A stretch of 64,000 nucleotides of DNA, from positions 37,634,001 to 37,698,000 of the forward strand of contig CM114271.1 in NCBI GenBank assembly GCA_050084515.1. The letters are read 5' to 3'. Positions 25,638-39,200 of the stretch are shown here, one piece after another. The notes below the pieces were generated by a model. That model saw only the letters and a list, made by a program, of their open reading frames with translations, was not told the DNA's origin and searched no databases. How positions within the stretch are numbered: position 1 is the first letter of the stretch; the number at the start of each line of letters is the position of its first letter. This DNA comes from Blasia pusilla (Eukaryota). The position numbers and the translations under genes are program-made.

Positions 25638-25978
25638 AATTATGTGCAACATCATTAATCTCTTTTCTTCACGAGATATACACTATACATTACCTCTTGA
25701 AATATTTTCCGTGCATCGTACGGGCACCTAACTAGTTTATATATATAGAGCCAATCATTTATATAACAAGGGTGCTTTATTCTTGAATGAATGGAGTAAA
25801 TTACATTGGTATTTACAATTCTATTATGTATCCATGACTATCACCCTTGTTATATAAATGATTGGCTCTATATATATAAACTAGTTAGGTGCTCGTACGA
25901 TGCACGGAAAATATTTCAAGAGGTAATGTATAGTGTATATCTCGTGAAGGAAAGAGATTAATGATGTTGCACATAATT
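25638..25978. repeat. 137-bp near-perfect inverted repeat containing a Helitron 3' end in each arm
   Basis: Arms 25638-25774 and 25842-25978, 2 mismatches, 67-bp spacer. CCGTGCATCGTACGG hairpin, with CTAG|T at 25732-25735. Confidence 0.95.
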
Positions 25979-26018
25979 TCAACATAATTTTAATCTCTTT
26001 TCAATAAGGGTCTGATGC

Positions 26019-26108
26019 CTTCTGTGAGCGCACAGACGGACTAGGCCACTTTGTTTCTCTAAGTTTTGTAAAGATTTCAGTGATTTCGTCACTTTCTGTT
26101 TTCTCACA
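26019..26108 (+). mobile_element. Terminal 90 bp (U5 end) of the Copia LTR family of 35108-39675
   Basis: CTTCTGTGAGCGCAC...TTTTCTCACA is the reverse complement of the LTR start at 35108 and 39201. Confidence 0.9.
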
Positions 26109-28261
26109 ATTTATCCTTATCTTCTTTTTAGTTTACTGAATACGTACTTTGATGTGAGAGTAATGCAATTTGATATGAATGGAGGGCAACACCAACGATT
26201 TCACTCTCCATAATTTTTTTCCATTGCGATGCCGTGATTGTAACGAGCCTTGCTCTTTTCATTTTCTCACTTTGTGGCTATTTGATGAGATCTATTTTTA
26301 AGTACATCGATTCCAACTCCAATAACAGAGCTGCGATAAGATTTTTTGTCACACTCGTATCTAAAACCAACACCATTCGCAAACTACAGTGTCGAGTGCA
26401 ACCTAAGTCACTATTTACAAAAAAATAAAAAAAAAATAAAAAAATGCTAGTTTAACCCAAAGTTCTCCATTTAATTGTGGTGAGTTGGCATGTGATATTT
26501 TCATCGCACCTACAACGCATCCTCCAGTTTATTCTTAAGGAGTTGCAATATCATACCCTAAGGTACAAATAATGACTTCTACGCTTTCCTTGCTATAACT
26601 TTGCCTCCATTACGTGTTGAAAGTGTTCTAGAAGACATTTGGTCACTATTCCAGATCGACCTAATTAAGGATTAAGGGGTTGATTCCATGGGCATACGAA
26701 GAGATCACGACGACCCATTTTCTACGTCCTTCTCAAATATCCGAGAGTTCATCACCAAAAAACCCACCAATGTCAACGAGTTACTTCCAGATTTATGTTG
26801 GATGAATTGAGAGGATGCTAGGCCAATTTTGCACCCAAAAGTTCTGGGTGCAGAAGAATCAGCGACGCTCTAGCATCAGTGCAACCTTGCACCCATAAAA
26901 TCAACCCCTAAGTAGCGACAAAGGGTGTAAGATTTAGTGCTAGTGGTTTAAACGGATGGTAGGGCTACAAATTGTTGGATTTTTCTGAGAGGAGGCTCAG
27001 AAAAAGGAGTTTAGTTATCCACTTGAATGAAGTTACTCTCTAAACTGAAGATACTTTGAGACTCTAAGGTTCTTAGCTAGGAGCTCATCCACATAGAGCT
27101 TGAGATACTCCCAAGTACTTTGCGCAACTTGTAGACAGAGGCTAGGAGCACACGCACAAGACAATACCAAGATTTAATCCCCTCAAGTGCGCACATCTAT
27201 ATTACGTGAATTGCTTTGCTACTAGCTCATAACAATCCCACATTTCGCATCATCCTAGTACTTAGCATGCCCTCTTTGCAATATATGGTTTCCAACATTT
27301 ATAAGTTACAGGAGCTGAAATTTATGTGTATTAGAAATTCTCTAGACTCTAGGTGTTTGGTCCTTACTAGTGTTTGCTAGCCATAATAGGCTAAGCACCC
27401 CAAAGGAGTGTAAGAACTGGCTAATTCACCATTGGAAGTTTTCTCCACTGAGATCAGTCGACCCATGGATGTTGGGAAACAAACTAGGTTTGTAAACATC
27501 GAGGGATTAGTTAGTCCACATAATGGCACCCACAATTGTCTCGAGTTGAGAAGAAGGGCTTTCGGGCGGTTGTTTCTATGGCATAGTTGATTCTTTATCT
27601 AAACTCGTATGGAAATTGAGTCGAGAGATTGCTGCAATAGTATAAAGAATGACAAACACTCTAACCTAGCTATCAAAGACATCTAGGATTGTAAGGCATA
27701 GGAATCATTGGCTAAGGCCCACAAAATATATAGGAGCGACATTAGCTAGCTCCTTGAGTTCTAGAATTACATCTAGTATTATAACCCTTGCATTTTTAAT
27801 CGGTTGGCACGTTGAAAATGCTACTGCATCCCTGTTAATAGCCTAAATATTTTCTACTTTTGTTTAGAGAAACTAAGCCCATGCTGCACTTACTCTAGCT
27901 AGTCCTTTGCACATGATCTTCCAGGAAAAAACATAGAGTCACCGCCCTACTTCCTAAGTATGGCACAATATTCTCAAGATGCAAGACATAGTCAAAATTT
28001 CTAATACACATAAATTTTAACAGAGATCAGAAAATAACATGGTGGAGAAAAATCCCTGATCCCCAAAACTTGCCAAGACTTGCATCTTGAGGAATCGACC
28101 TCTTAGGGAACTCTATTTGGTGTAGAGAAAAAAATGGAACTTAAGTCCTATTTAGTGAGCGACATCAGAATAGCCCTATGGAGATGTTGACTATGACTTG
28201 TTTATTACACCGTCCTCTAGTATAATGTAGTGCTATTTCATAGCATTTATCTATACAAGTA

Positions 28262-29100
28262 ATGGAAAGATTGAGCCAAAGCCAAATCTTTTGTTTGTTG
28301 CCACCCTCTTGGAAACCCTATTTTAAAAAATATCCATTCTGTCATAGATTAGGCAAAGATAAGACTCGGGATGACACATGGATTTTGCTTGACAAGTGTA
28401 ATATAAACTCCTTTGAGACATTTGCAGGTTATCATGTTCCACTACCCATTCTTAAACAACCAACTTCTCCTCGTTTGTTGATGTTGTATTTCTAAGAGAC
28501 TTCAGCTTTGCACATGTCGCACAGTAAGAAAAGTTATCACTTGATTTGTAAATAACAACATTGGAGGAAATTCATTTTTTGAATTGAGTGATTGTTGATT
28601 GGATGACTCTACCTAATCCTATTTTTGCGCCTTCCTTATTGACGACTTCCCGTATATACTCCAACGAGACAAATTGGGGCAGCCAAATCAGTTCTTCTCT
28701 TCTCCCGTCTAACATAGTTCTTTCCTTATGGGGCATCTGATCCTTGAGTTTCCTCAATTCGAGCTTTATTCTTTCCACCGCTTACACTGTCTTTTAGGTT
28801 ACAAAAATTCTCCCCAAGTTCTCATGCCTACTCTATATCTTTCCATCTCTGAAATTTCTTACTTTGTCCTTGAAGCTCATTTTTCCAAGACTATGGATTT
28901 GTCGCAAACTTGGGAGGCATACCGTTCTACCTTCCAATTGCACAACCCTTCGTCCATCTATGAAGTAAGATACATAGACCATAGCATGGAGTGCTTCCAT
29001 TCTTTCCTGAAAGAATATGTTCCAATACTTCTCTCTAGTTGAACAAATGAACAATATCTCTCGGCATATATTGGCAATAAAATTCAATATAAGATGTTTT
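28262..29100 (-). pseudogene. Decayed DDE-type transposase, Sola/DUF7869-like
   Basis: LEGRTVC, FSYCATC, HDNLQ...RSLYY and YLCLIYDRMD occur in the order seen in such transposases. Stops and frameshifts present. Confidence 0.5.
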
Positions 29101-31109
29101 GGATGCTACTAGTGACATAGCTCCTCTAACAAATTTTTATTCCTCTTGGTTGCGCCTCATGGCCATTGTTTCTTATACCGATAGGTGTACGTGTAGGCTC
29201 TTTTTTGCTTGCCTATCATTGCTTCAAGGTCCCCTTGGGACACTGTGGAACATTCCAAGTAGCATGGCCATAAGTCTCGTCCATCTTTTATAATACATGA
29301 TGCCGTACGCCATACGACTAAGTTCCTTTCAAGAACCTTATGGCGTGTAAGACAGTTGGTGATGTTGGTAATTAATGAATACGCCAATATGATGATCCCC
29401 TAGTCTCTAACCACCAACTTTATCATTTGGATTTATATAGTACACCACTCCCTCTCCGAGAGTGAGATATCCATTGTTCTGTGTGAGTATTGCCGATAAA
29501 AAAAGGACCAATTCTATAGGACCAATAATAGGAACAACAACTTGGAAGCTAGTAGATGTATTGCACGCTGAGTGCTTTCTCTTCCTAATATCCATGGAAT
29601 CAATATATTTTTATGTAATTAGATATTTTGGATACTTTGCAAACATTCATGTCATATCTTGTAGCCTTCTTCCATCCGGATGGGTGGCTGGTCTATAATA
29701 TGGCTCATCAATTATTGTGCATCTCCACGGTTGTCGTTGGTGATCGGAGAAGGAAAAAGGTTGGATTTCATGTGAATCAAAGCTTTCCACAAAATGGCTT
29801 GATCCAATAAGAAGTTAAGATCCCTTTGAGTCTTTTGCGAAAATTTTCTTTGAATACTATGTAGTACAATGAAGCCTTCCTTCCACATACTCACGCCTAT
29901 CACATGTATTAGTTTTTGTAGCTCCGTTACTAGGTCATGTAATGAATGCTCCAATGAAATCGGAAAAGATTCTATGTTGTAGGTGCTTGTGAAGACATGT
30001 ACAAAACTTCCTCCAAAGACATGTACAAGGAATTCTTACAAGTGATTTGTTGTGGATTATTCTCTCGAGATTGGTGTCCATGATTATAGCTCTTGCAATA
30101 GAGATGGGGGGATCCATCTTGTAGATACACTACATCATCGATGCAGAATTCCATGTTATAAATTTCAGTTTTGAACCATAACATCGGAGCGACAATTCCA
30201 CGTTAGCCATATACTGAATCAAAAGTGGAGGAGAAAAATGGTTTGATTCCAATGGTTGGAACCCATTGGAATCAAAACTTATGTTCTTATCCATACCCTC
30301 TATCCCACTATGAGATAAGAGAAGGGAGGAGGGGACGCCTTCGTAAATAATTGGCCATAAGATTAGACTTCTCTAATTGATCTCACCAATAGTAGAGACG
30401 ACTTGAGGTGGAGGGCTAGACCCAACGTAGGTAGTTGTGAGGGCCCATACTAGACTAAGTTTGGTTGCGGTGGATTGGTGGTCATTGGGAACTTTAGTTC
30501 TAAATGTTCTTCATTTGGAATTTTTTTCCAATCTTGAGAGTTTCGGAAAGTGAACGAGAAATCCCAAGGAAAAGTGAGGTTGGATGAAAGAATAAGAAGA
30601 TATATAGAGAGATAGAGATACTACTTAGAATAGAATGTTGGGGGAATGAAGGATGTCTTAACCTCAACTTTTTGGGGCGGTCCAATCCTTCAACTCTATG
30701 TTAGGTGGCGGTTACCTATACATTTGGAGCTATTTTTTAAAATATTAGGTTTCAATTGAATCTATTTAATTTTCTGGAAATGATAGAAACTAATGGAATT
30801 ATAGTTCCAATACCTAAAGGCTATACCATACTAATAAAGTTGAGAGGTACTATATTGCTTTCAAGGTTTTGTAGTGGGCAAGAGAGCATTTGGAGATATA
30901 TTTTTGAATCAATTGGATAGAGAGTTCCAATTCAACCATTGATGACTCTCCCAGAAGGTACGGAGCTTTGTTGGTGGTGATGTCATCTGTATTTTAAAAA
31001 GAGGCAAGGAAAGCACAAGAATGTCTGAAAAAAAAAGTATCATGGAGAAGCCTATCTGAGTACAATGATTGTTGTAAGTTCAAACTTATTGAGCATAGTT
31101 GGGCTGGAT

Positions 31110-31900
31110 GAAATTGTACTACAGTTTTGAGTGTGGTCAAAATTTAGCCTCACATGCACTTGGGAGGATGATACCCACTCCAGTAGAGGGAAAACCAACA
31201 TGAGGTAGGTGACGAGTTTGGAGGCCACGACTATGGGCTTGAGGACATTCGGAATTTTAGTTTCGAATTAGCTTCAAAAAAATCTTAACATCCAATTTTA
31301 CCAATGGCTATCCTACCTTAAATGGGAATAGATTCCATGATAGTTAAAGCCAAGTGTTACACCAACGCTTGGTCTCCCAAGATTTGAATTGTCAATTTCT
31401 AAGAAAATAATCCGGTAACAAATAAATAGGATCTTCAAATCCTTTTTGGTATGGATATCTTGTAAGAAAGCCTATGCAAGGCTATAGCCATTTCACATGA
31501 GCTGGCCTCAGTAGGCTAGAAACAATTGGTACTATAGTTTTGGTTATGGTCGAATTGGAGCTTAAGATCCAATTGAAAGGATGACGCCCACTCTTGAAGT
31601 GGGAAATACCTTAGGGCACTAATACATTTAGAACTAGAGTTATGATAGTGAGAGGATATCCACCCAAGGTAGACAAGAGAGAGTTACGAGTTTGGAGGCC
31701 ATGCGTCTAGGCTTAAGGCCATTTGGAACTGTAGTTCCGAATGAGTTTCAATCAGATCGCAAGATCCTCTTCAACCTATGGCACTCCTTGAAATGGAAAT
31801 AGCACTCTTTGAGATTTGGTGATAGGAATTACACCAGCGGGTGGCCTTACAAAAGAGATCACTCCTTACAATGATAGACTTCCATTGAGCATTAAAGGCC
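31110..31900. repeat. Degenerate direct duplication (~400-470-bp spacing)
   Basis: GTACTA.AGTTTTG...GGATGA..CCCACTC and ACGAGTTTGGAGGCCA occur at ~31115/31211 and again at ~31529/31686. Confidence 0.6.
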
Positions 31901-33309
31901 AAAGTGGCATCACCAACTAATAAAGCATCTAAATGTGCCACAAAACTCATTAGAGATAACCACCCTCAAAAAGTGTCATCCATTATAATGAAAAGGATGA
32001 CCTATACATATATGTCACCTTTAAGGTAGCAGCTCATCATTGTCTCTTAGAATAGGAACCATAAAGGACCCTTATAGGATAGAATGTATTGTGTTTCCAT
32101 ATGATACATTTCCAAGATTATAAACTAGGAGATTTAAAGCTGTCCTTCCTTTACTTATAATTTTCTTAGCCACTATGTAATAAAAAAAGTCTTCTTATCG
32201 CATGATTCCTCCATATACACTTGATCCTATTGTAATTTTTACTTGAAATATTCATATTATAAGGCATTTTGTACAAAATGTGTGGTATTTTTGGAATTTC
32301 TTAATGCCGACTTACTAGAAATACAACCGATAAAAATTCCCCTAAATGATTTTTTATATGAGAGTGCCTTAATTAATTCAACTTGAAGCTATAAAATAAA
32401 GGCTTGTGATTTTTTTCGTAAGTACTCTAGACCACAAAATTCACATATGGTTTAAAATACCTTATCTTCATTAAAAAAAATAAATTCCAAATAATGATAA
32501 AAGAGTTTTGATAAAAAAATTCACAAATGATTGGAATACTAGATTTCCATTGAAGCAAAAAAACCATATGCAGACCAAAAAAATTGTTTTCTTGTAACAC
32601 TCGAGGTTCTAATTGCCTCTCATACGATCATCTAAAACAAGCTTTTAATGAGGATGTAAACGCCATATAATTTAGATGTATTTGAAATTTGTAATTATTG
32701 TCATAATACAATGGTTGAAAATTTCAAATATACCTAAATTATATGGCGTTTCATCCACTTTAACTAGATCATTTGTATAATCTGGATCCTTGTTTGGTTT
32801 TATGGATCTAAACCAAGTGAACACAACTTTATATACACATCTATCTTTACTAAGAACCATTAGGTGCTCCAAATCAATTACATCTCCACACCTACCCCAC
32901 TTTCTACTATACTTCTTTTGATTTTGTTAAACTCTTCTAATCCAAGGTACTAACTTGTAGATAAACGAGCATCCACTATAGTTCTAGCTCTTCTTGTTGG
33001 TCTATCTTCTTCAAATTATACTCCACAATCTTCTCCCATATCCAATAACCAAGTAAGAATTCAACTAGAAGAGGCAAATATTTCTCTTACAACACTTTGA
33101 CTATCTATCAAGATTGCATGTGGACAAAGTCCGTATCCGTGGTCATACTCCTTCATATGAAGTATAACAAGCCACATTGTACTCTTTCTTCTCCCCAAAG
33201 AAAAATTACAAGGTGGCTTGTTATACTTTATATGAAGGAGTATGATTGAAATGGATATTGGAGGATATACTTGGAGAAATGTCTAACTTAGATATTTCTC
33301 CAAGTATAT

Positions 33310-33620
33310 GAAGCTTTTTTATGGAAGTGAATTTCCACCTCTTTACACAATTTCAAGGAAAATGGAAGTCCAACCCAAAGTCTAAGAATAAACATGCTTT
33401 CTTAGATCCACATGAGAAAACCTTCTTAGTAAATAGGTGATATGTATTTTTTCATTTTGTCCAAATATATGATCTTGACCTAAAATTTTGTCCAATTTTT
33501 TTGAAGAATTGTATCCAACCTCCTTTAAGAATTTCAAAGAAAATATTATTCCAAATAACAACCCAAAAATGACGATATCTTTATAGACATATATGATAAG
33601 ACTTACTAAGGAAAAAGCTA
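33310..33620 (-). repeat. Isolated ~1.5 units of the ~180-bp repeat
   Basis: TATTTTTTCATTTTGTCCAAATATATGATCTTGACCTAAAATTTTG at ~33445. Confidence 0.75.
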
Positions 33621-33640
33621 CTAAGCAAAATTTTTCTTCG

Positions 33641-33861
33641 TTTCTATTAATAGAAACGAAGAAAAATAGGTAAAAACCCTAGTTTTCCCGAGTAGTCAAA
33701 TAGTCGGAAGCCGCAGCGGTAGCGCATTCTCGTATGTCGAGTTATCTCCCAGTTCAGGTTCCATCGAAGCTCTTCTGTGAGCGCACGGACGGACTAGGCC
33801 ACTTTGTATCTCTAAGTTTTGTAAAGATTTCAGGGATTTCGTCACTTTCTGTTTTCTCACA
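33641..33861 (+). mobile_element. Copia LTR fragment from the TATA-like palindrome to the U5 terminus
   Basis: Colinear with the reverse complement of 35108-35328. Ends exactly at TTCTCACA. Confidence 0.9.
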
Positions 33862-34455
33862 GTACCTAATATTCTAACTCATCTCGGTGGACTTTGGTTC
33901 TTTATAGAAGGGCCAAAACGGAACACCAAGAGGAGAAGCTCCAAGGAAAGTGCGAAGGATGATACAACTCGGAATACTCGTAAGCAAGGGATCTTCACAT
34001 ATTGAATGGTTCATTTGCAAAATTTTCTATCCATAAAAAAAAAAGTGGACATTTTATCTTACAGAATTTTATGACAATTACGTGCAGAAAACTTGAGGAT
34101 GGACAACCAAGCTAAATCATCACCTGCCCAAAGACGGAAGTCTAGGCTCCAATTTGATGTAGCTAATGAGCAGGATAGTCAAATCAGATCCGGTTCATCC
34201 AATAAAAGAACCAAGGTAACTTCTCTTGCCTACAATGGCCTCTTCCATTCAAGGTTCAAATGACGACATTGATGTTTCTTGTTGTGGACAGTTACATGGT
34301 CACCTAGGACTTGTCAACTTTTCACATGAGCTTCCAAAATGGGGATGGTCTTTCAGACAGGTAATTTATAGCAGATTATTTTCAGATTTATGATGCACAT
34401 ACAAGGGAGCCAATTTTGGATTGGTACTAAGTGCTCGTTCTTTGTATTCTTGTAG

Positions 34456-34728
34456 TTCCAAATCGGGGATCATGTACTCCTTACAAAACCAAAGTTGAGT
34501 AGGATGGTGCTTGGGTCAGGGATCATATCAAGTTTTGGTGGAAGGGACAAGTTCCATGCTAAGGACATCCCACTAGGCATGGTTAGGGTTGATCTTAATG
34601 AAGTTTTCGAGCGTGAACATGCTCTATGGATGCCAAATTTGATAGATGAACCTCCACAAGAAACATTTGGTGATGCTCTTGGATCAAGCATGCTCTGGCC
34701 AGAGATGCACATGAGAAAGGTGATGTAG
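34456..34728 (+). pseudogene. Last exon of a CACTA TnpA-like (Tnp1/En/Spm-type C-terminal domain) gene
   Basis: VLGSGII...FHAKDIPLGMVRVDL...GDALGSSMLWP, preceded by a TTGTAG acceptor. Short candidate GT-AG exons lie upstream. Confidence 0.65.
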
Positions 34729-35107
34729 TAGAGTAGTTATTCTTTCTGGCACCAAACTACTTGAGGTCCATGAACTTCTCTTTTGAGGTTATATTTTCTG
34801 GTTTGTTGGATGTAAGAATAAAAAACTGTGCTCATTCCGATATCAGATCTTACCGAAGACATTCATATTCTGTTCTTTTTGCATTTCATCCCCTTGTAGT
34901 TGAGTTGCCATGTTGTTGTTTGTATGCCTTTATTCCAAATTCCATTTTATGCTAATGTGTATGCTTTAATGTAGCATTTCAAAATAGAAATGGACTCAAG
35001 GATTTCAGTAATTCAGATCCAATTACAAGTGAAAGATCTTTCAAAAGACATTAATAAATGAGTCAAAAACTTCAAAAATGAAATCAACAATCACTACCAA
35101 TCATATC

Positions 35108-35582
35108 TGTGAGAAAACACAAAGTGACGAAATCATTGAAATATTTACAAAACTTAGAGATACAAAATGGCCTAGTCCATTCGTGCGCTCATAGAAGAGC
35201 TTTGATGGAACTTGAACATGGAGATAACTCGACATACAAGGATGCGCTACTGCTGCGGCTCCCGACTATTTTCTTACTCAGGAAACTAGGCTTTTTTACC
35301 TAATTTTCTTTGTTTCTATTAATAGAAAATTTTTGGACCCCCGCGTCGTCTTGGCATACCATGGGCTATGCTTCGAGACCCCTGCAACAAATCAGGGTGC
35401 CCCACATCCTAATGCAATATAGGATTAGATAATCCTAGTAACGCTACTCTTGAAACCACCTACGTCATATTACTATGACTCCTTTGACGTGTAAGTTGGA
35501 ACCATCAATCTAGGCTTCTCCTCATACAAGGGGGCCGATCAGATTAATGGTGCTCAGAGAAATGGATATTGAGAATCCAACA
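35108..35582 (-). repeat. 3' LTR of the Copia element
   Basis: TG...CA termini, adjacent to the PPT, colinear with 39201-39675. Confidence 0.95.
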
Positions 35583-38500
35583 ACCCCCTCAATATCCATT
35601 CTCATGTGGACTACTATCTTGGACCGATGCCAAGACCCTTCAAATGTCCGTGAAGCTGATCTCCGTTCAAGGCTTTCGTGAAGATGTCTGCACGGTTATC
35701 CTCTGTCAAACGATAGATTAACTTCAAAACCTCTCTCTCAATCAACTCACGAAAAAAATGATACTGGATCTCTATGTGCTTCATACAAGCATGAAACACA
35801 TGATTATGTGCTATTGCAATGCAACTCTGATTGTCACACCACATTACAGTAGCACTTTCTCATGCTTCTCCTATGTCCTCCGATCCAATATCCATCTCAA
35901 CCATACTACTTCAGAAGAAGCATAACAAACCGCCTTGTACTCTGCCTCGCTAGAAGAAAGAGCCATTGTAGGTTGCTTCTTGCTGACCCATGAAACCACA
36001 CTTGATCCTACCAAGAAGCACTAACCCGTAACTGATCTCCGAGAATCTGAATCTCCTACTCAATGTGAGTCACAAAAAGCTATCATTTCCGTCCCTACTC
36101 TATAGATAATGCCATACTTGATAGTGCCTTTGACGTACTTCAATACAAGCATCCTTGCCTTCCAATAGTTCTTACGAGGCTTAGTTGAGAACCTACTCAA
36201 CACTCCCACAGCGAAGCTAATCAAGCATACTTTTGCTGAGAGAGAAAAATATAATCTCACTGTTGCCAAATCTCCATCCCTAGAAAGTAGTCTAAAAGAC
36301 CTAAATATGATATTTCAAACTAAGATTTCAACACTCCCTTCATTTCCTCTATTTTCTAATTGTGGTCTCTTGTGACGATCAAATCATCCACATATAGGAC
36401 TATCAACATATACATCCCATCATATCAACATATACATCCCATCCCATATAGTAGTCAAACCCTTTGATTTGTGAACATCCTTGTGCAACCAAACTCACTT
36501 TGAATTTATCCAATGTATCGTCTGACTTGTACTTGGTCTTGTACACCCACTTGGTGCATATTATCTTCCGGTCCTTTGGCTTCTCAACCAAAGACCAAGT
36601 TTCATTTATTTGAATAGCTTCCATCTCCATCTGCATGGCCTTTCTCCATTGAGGATGAGCAAGGGCCTCATCCAAGCATTATAGCTCTTCTACCTTCATG
36701 ACCTCTGTCATCAAGGCCATGTTGACGAGATGTGCGAAAGCTCTATTCTGCTCCTCTAGTCTCTTGGATCTCCTTGGATGTGTAACAACTTCATCAGTTG
36801 CTGGTGGATCCTTACCATCCAAGAGTTGCTTTATCCACTTAGGGTATGATGACCGTAGTGGAAGAGCAGGTTGCTCTTTATAATCATCACCAAATTCTTT
36901 AATCTTGATGATATGGTGTAAACATTGGTGGTGTGCTCTGGTGGGTTATTTCTTCGTTTGATGATAATATGGACAGACCACTAATATCTACCATATGACA
37001 AGGCTATTCCTAGAACACCACATCATGACTCACAAGCATCTCTTTGCCTCAATAAACCATAGGAGATAAGCTTTAGACTCATCAGTGTATCCCATAAAGA
37101 TGCACTTCTTACTCTTGGACTCCAGCTTGGTACTGGATGCTTGAGGAATATGTACAAAGCACTCACTACCAAAAGTCTTGAAATGTTGGACTGATGGTAC
37201 CTTATGTGAGTATGATTGATGAGGAGTCATGCCTTGCATTGCCTTGGTAGCACTTCGATTTAGAATGTAAACGGCACTATTAACAACTTGAGCCTAAAAT
37301 CCTTCTATCAAACCTTTTGCTTTCATCATACATTTTGCCATGTCCACCACTGTATGGTTCTGACGCTTTTGTGATGTATGTGTCATGGTTAATTGTCACT
37401 TGATTCCATGCTCCCCCAAATATTTGTTGATAAGAATTCTCCTCCTTGATCGGTGTGAAGCTTCTGTACCTTCTTTCGTGTCTCATTCTCAACCAGCTTG
37501 TGCCATACTTTAAATTTTCCAAAAGCACTTGCCTTATCACGAAGGAAATACACCCACATCTTCCTACTATAATCATTGACAACTAAAAAGATATAGGAAG
37601 AACCATCTAATGCCACTGTTCTCATTTTACCAAAGAGGTCAACATGAATCAGCTCTAGAGGAGCCTTTGCTCTATTGCTGGACTCTTGTGGAAATGGTTT
37701 TCGGTGTTGCTTGCCCATCATACAAGCTTCACATGTATCCGACACTCCATAAATTGTTGGTAAATCAGCAACCATGCCAGATTTTTGCATCTGACTTAGT
37801 AAGGGAAAGCTTAGGTGACCAAATCTTTCATGCCACAACTTACTACTAGTAAGATCTGTACCTACACTTGTCGTGAAAGCATACAACTTTTAGATACTCC
37901 CACTTCGTATATCTTCACCCACTAGTTTCCCATTGGCATCCTCAATGACTTCTCCAGTAGTCTTGAAACAAACTTCTAGGTTACGATCACATAATACTGC
38001 TACTCAAATCAAATTGCGCTCCAACTCTGGTACGTACAGTACATCAATTAACTTCTTTTCATCTCCTTTTTGGGAGACTAAAGAAATTGTGCCTTTCCCT
38101 TCTACATCGCACTTTGCATTATTCCCAACGGTAACAATGATAGGTTCATATGGAGGCTATAAGGAGCTGTACCAATCCTTATGATCGGTCATGTACATAG
38201 ATGCTCCACTATCGGGCACCCATGCATCTTCACTCTTTGACTTAGTGGAATGTTCTGCCTGTGTGCAAAACTCTTCGATTGCTACCCAAGCATCTACCTC
38301 ATGTTCTCCTAGTTCTACAAAATTTCTAGACTCCTTCTTAGGTCTTAAACAACAGTTCTTCTCATCCTGACTCTTTCTACAATCTTTGATAAGATGACAT
38401 AGCTTACCACAATAACAGCACTTGAAGGCTTTCCTTGGAAATTTCTTCTTGACATTTGAACTGTAATCTTGATTTCTACCTCTGTGTACGTTGATAATAA

Positions 38501-39200
38501 ATGCTGCATCATTCCCCTCTCTTGCTTTGACGCGCATTCCTCTTCTACCAACATTGCACTAAATTGCTCAAAAGTAAGCGGCATGGGTCTTACTTGAGTA
38601 TTCAATGGTGTGACCAAACTGTCATACCTTGGAGGCAAAATCCTTATGTATTGACGTGCCAAATCTTCGCTAGACTTTGAAATTCTTGGTCCTTGTCAAA
38701 AATTGCTTCCCACCTTCTCCTTCTGAAAATTTCTTGGACGTAAGTTGATTCTCCACATTTTGAATCCGAGTCTCATTCCTCGTTTCATACTGATTTTTCA
38801 TAATGTTCCACGCTTGAGTAGCAATGGTCGTATGTTGAATGAGAGTCATGACATAATCAGTTACATTCGTGACAATCGCATATAGAGCATCAACATTTTT
38901 ACGTTTCCATGGGAGCAATAGAATAGAATCGATATCACCAGATGAAGATGAATAGGCAGAACTCAAAGTAGCTTGTGGATTTGAATCTACCCTTGTGGCC
39001 GTCTCCCAAATCTCAAATGATTCGAGGAAAGTTCTCATTTTGAACTTCCACAATGTATGGTTAGACCCATCTAACTTCCCTTGACTTAGCAGAGGAGGGC
39101 GAGCACAAATTGACAAAGAAGTAGTCATCTCTCAAGATTTTGTGCAAACATACTAGATCGCGAGACACAAAATACTGGAAAACCTATTGTTTTGATACCA

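Noticed and set aside
32000-33140. Transposase C-terminal (DUF4216-like) remnant on the minus strand
   Set aside because: The resemblance (WGRCGDVIDL...VFTWF) is too weak to support a call without a profile search.
36270-36400. Nested mini-LTR with PPT inside the Copia RT
   Set aside because: It translates as ordinary RT (LYVDD...YFLGMEIWQ).
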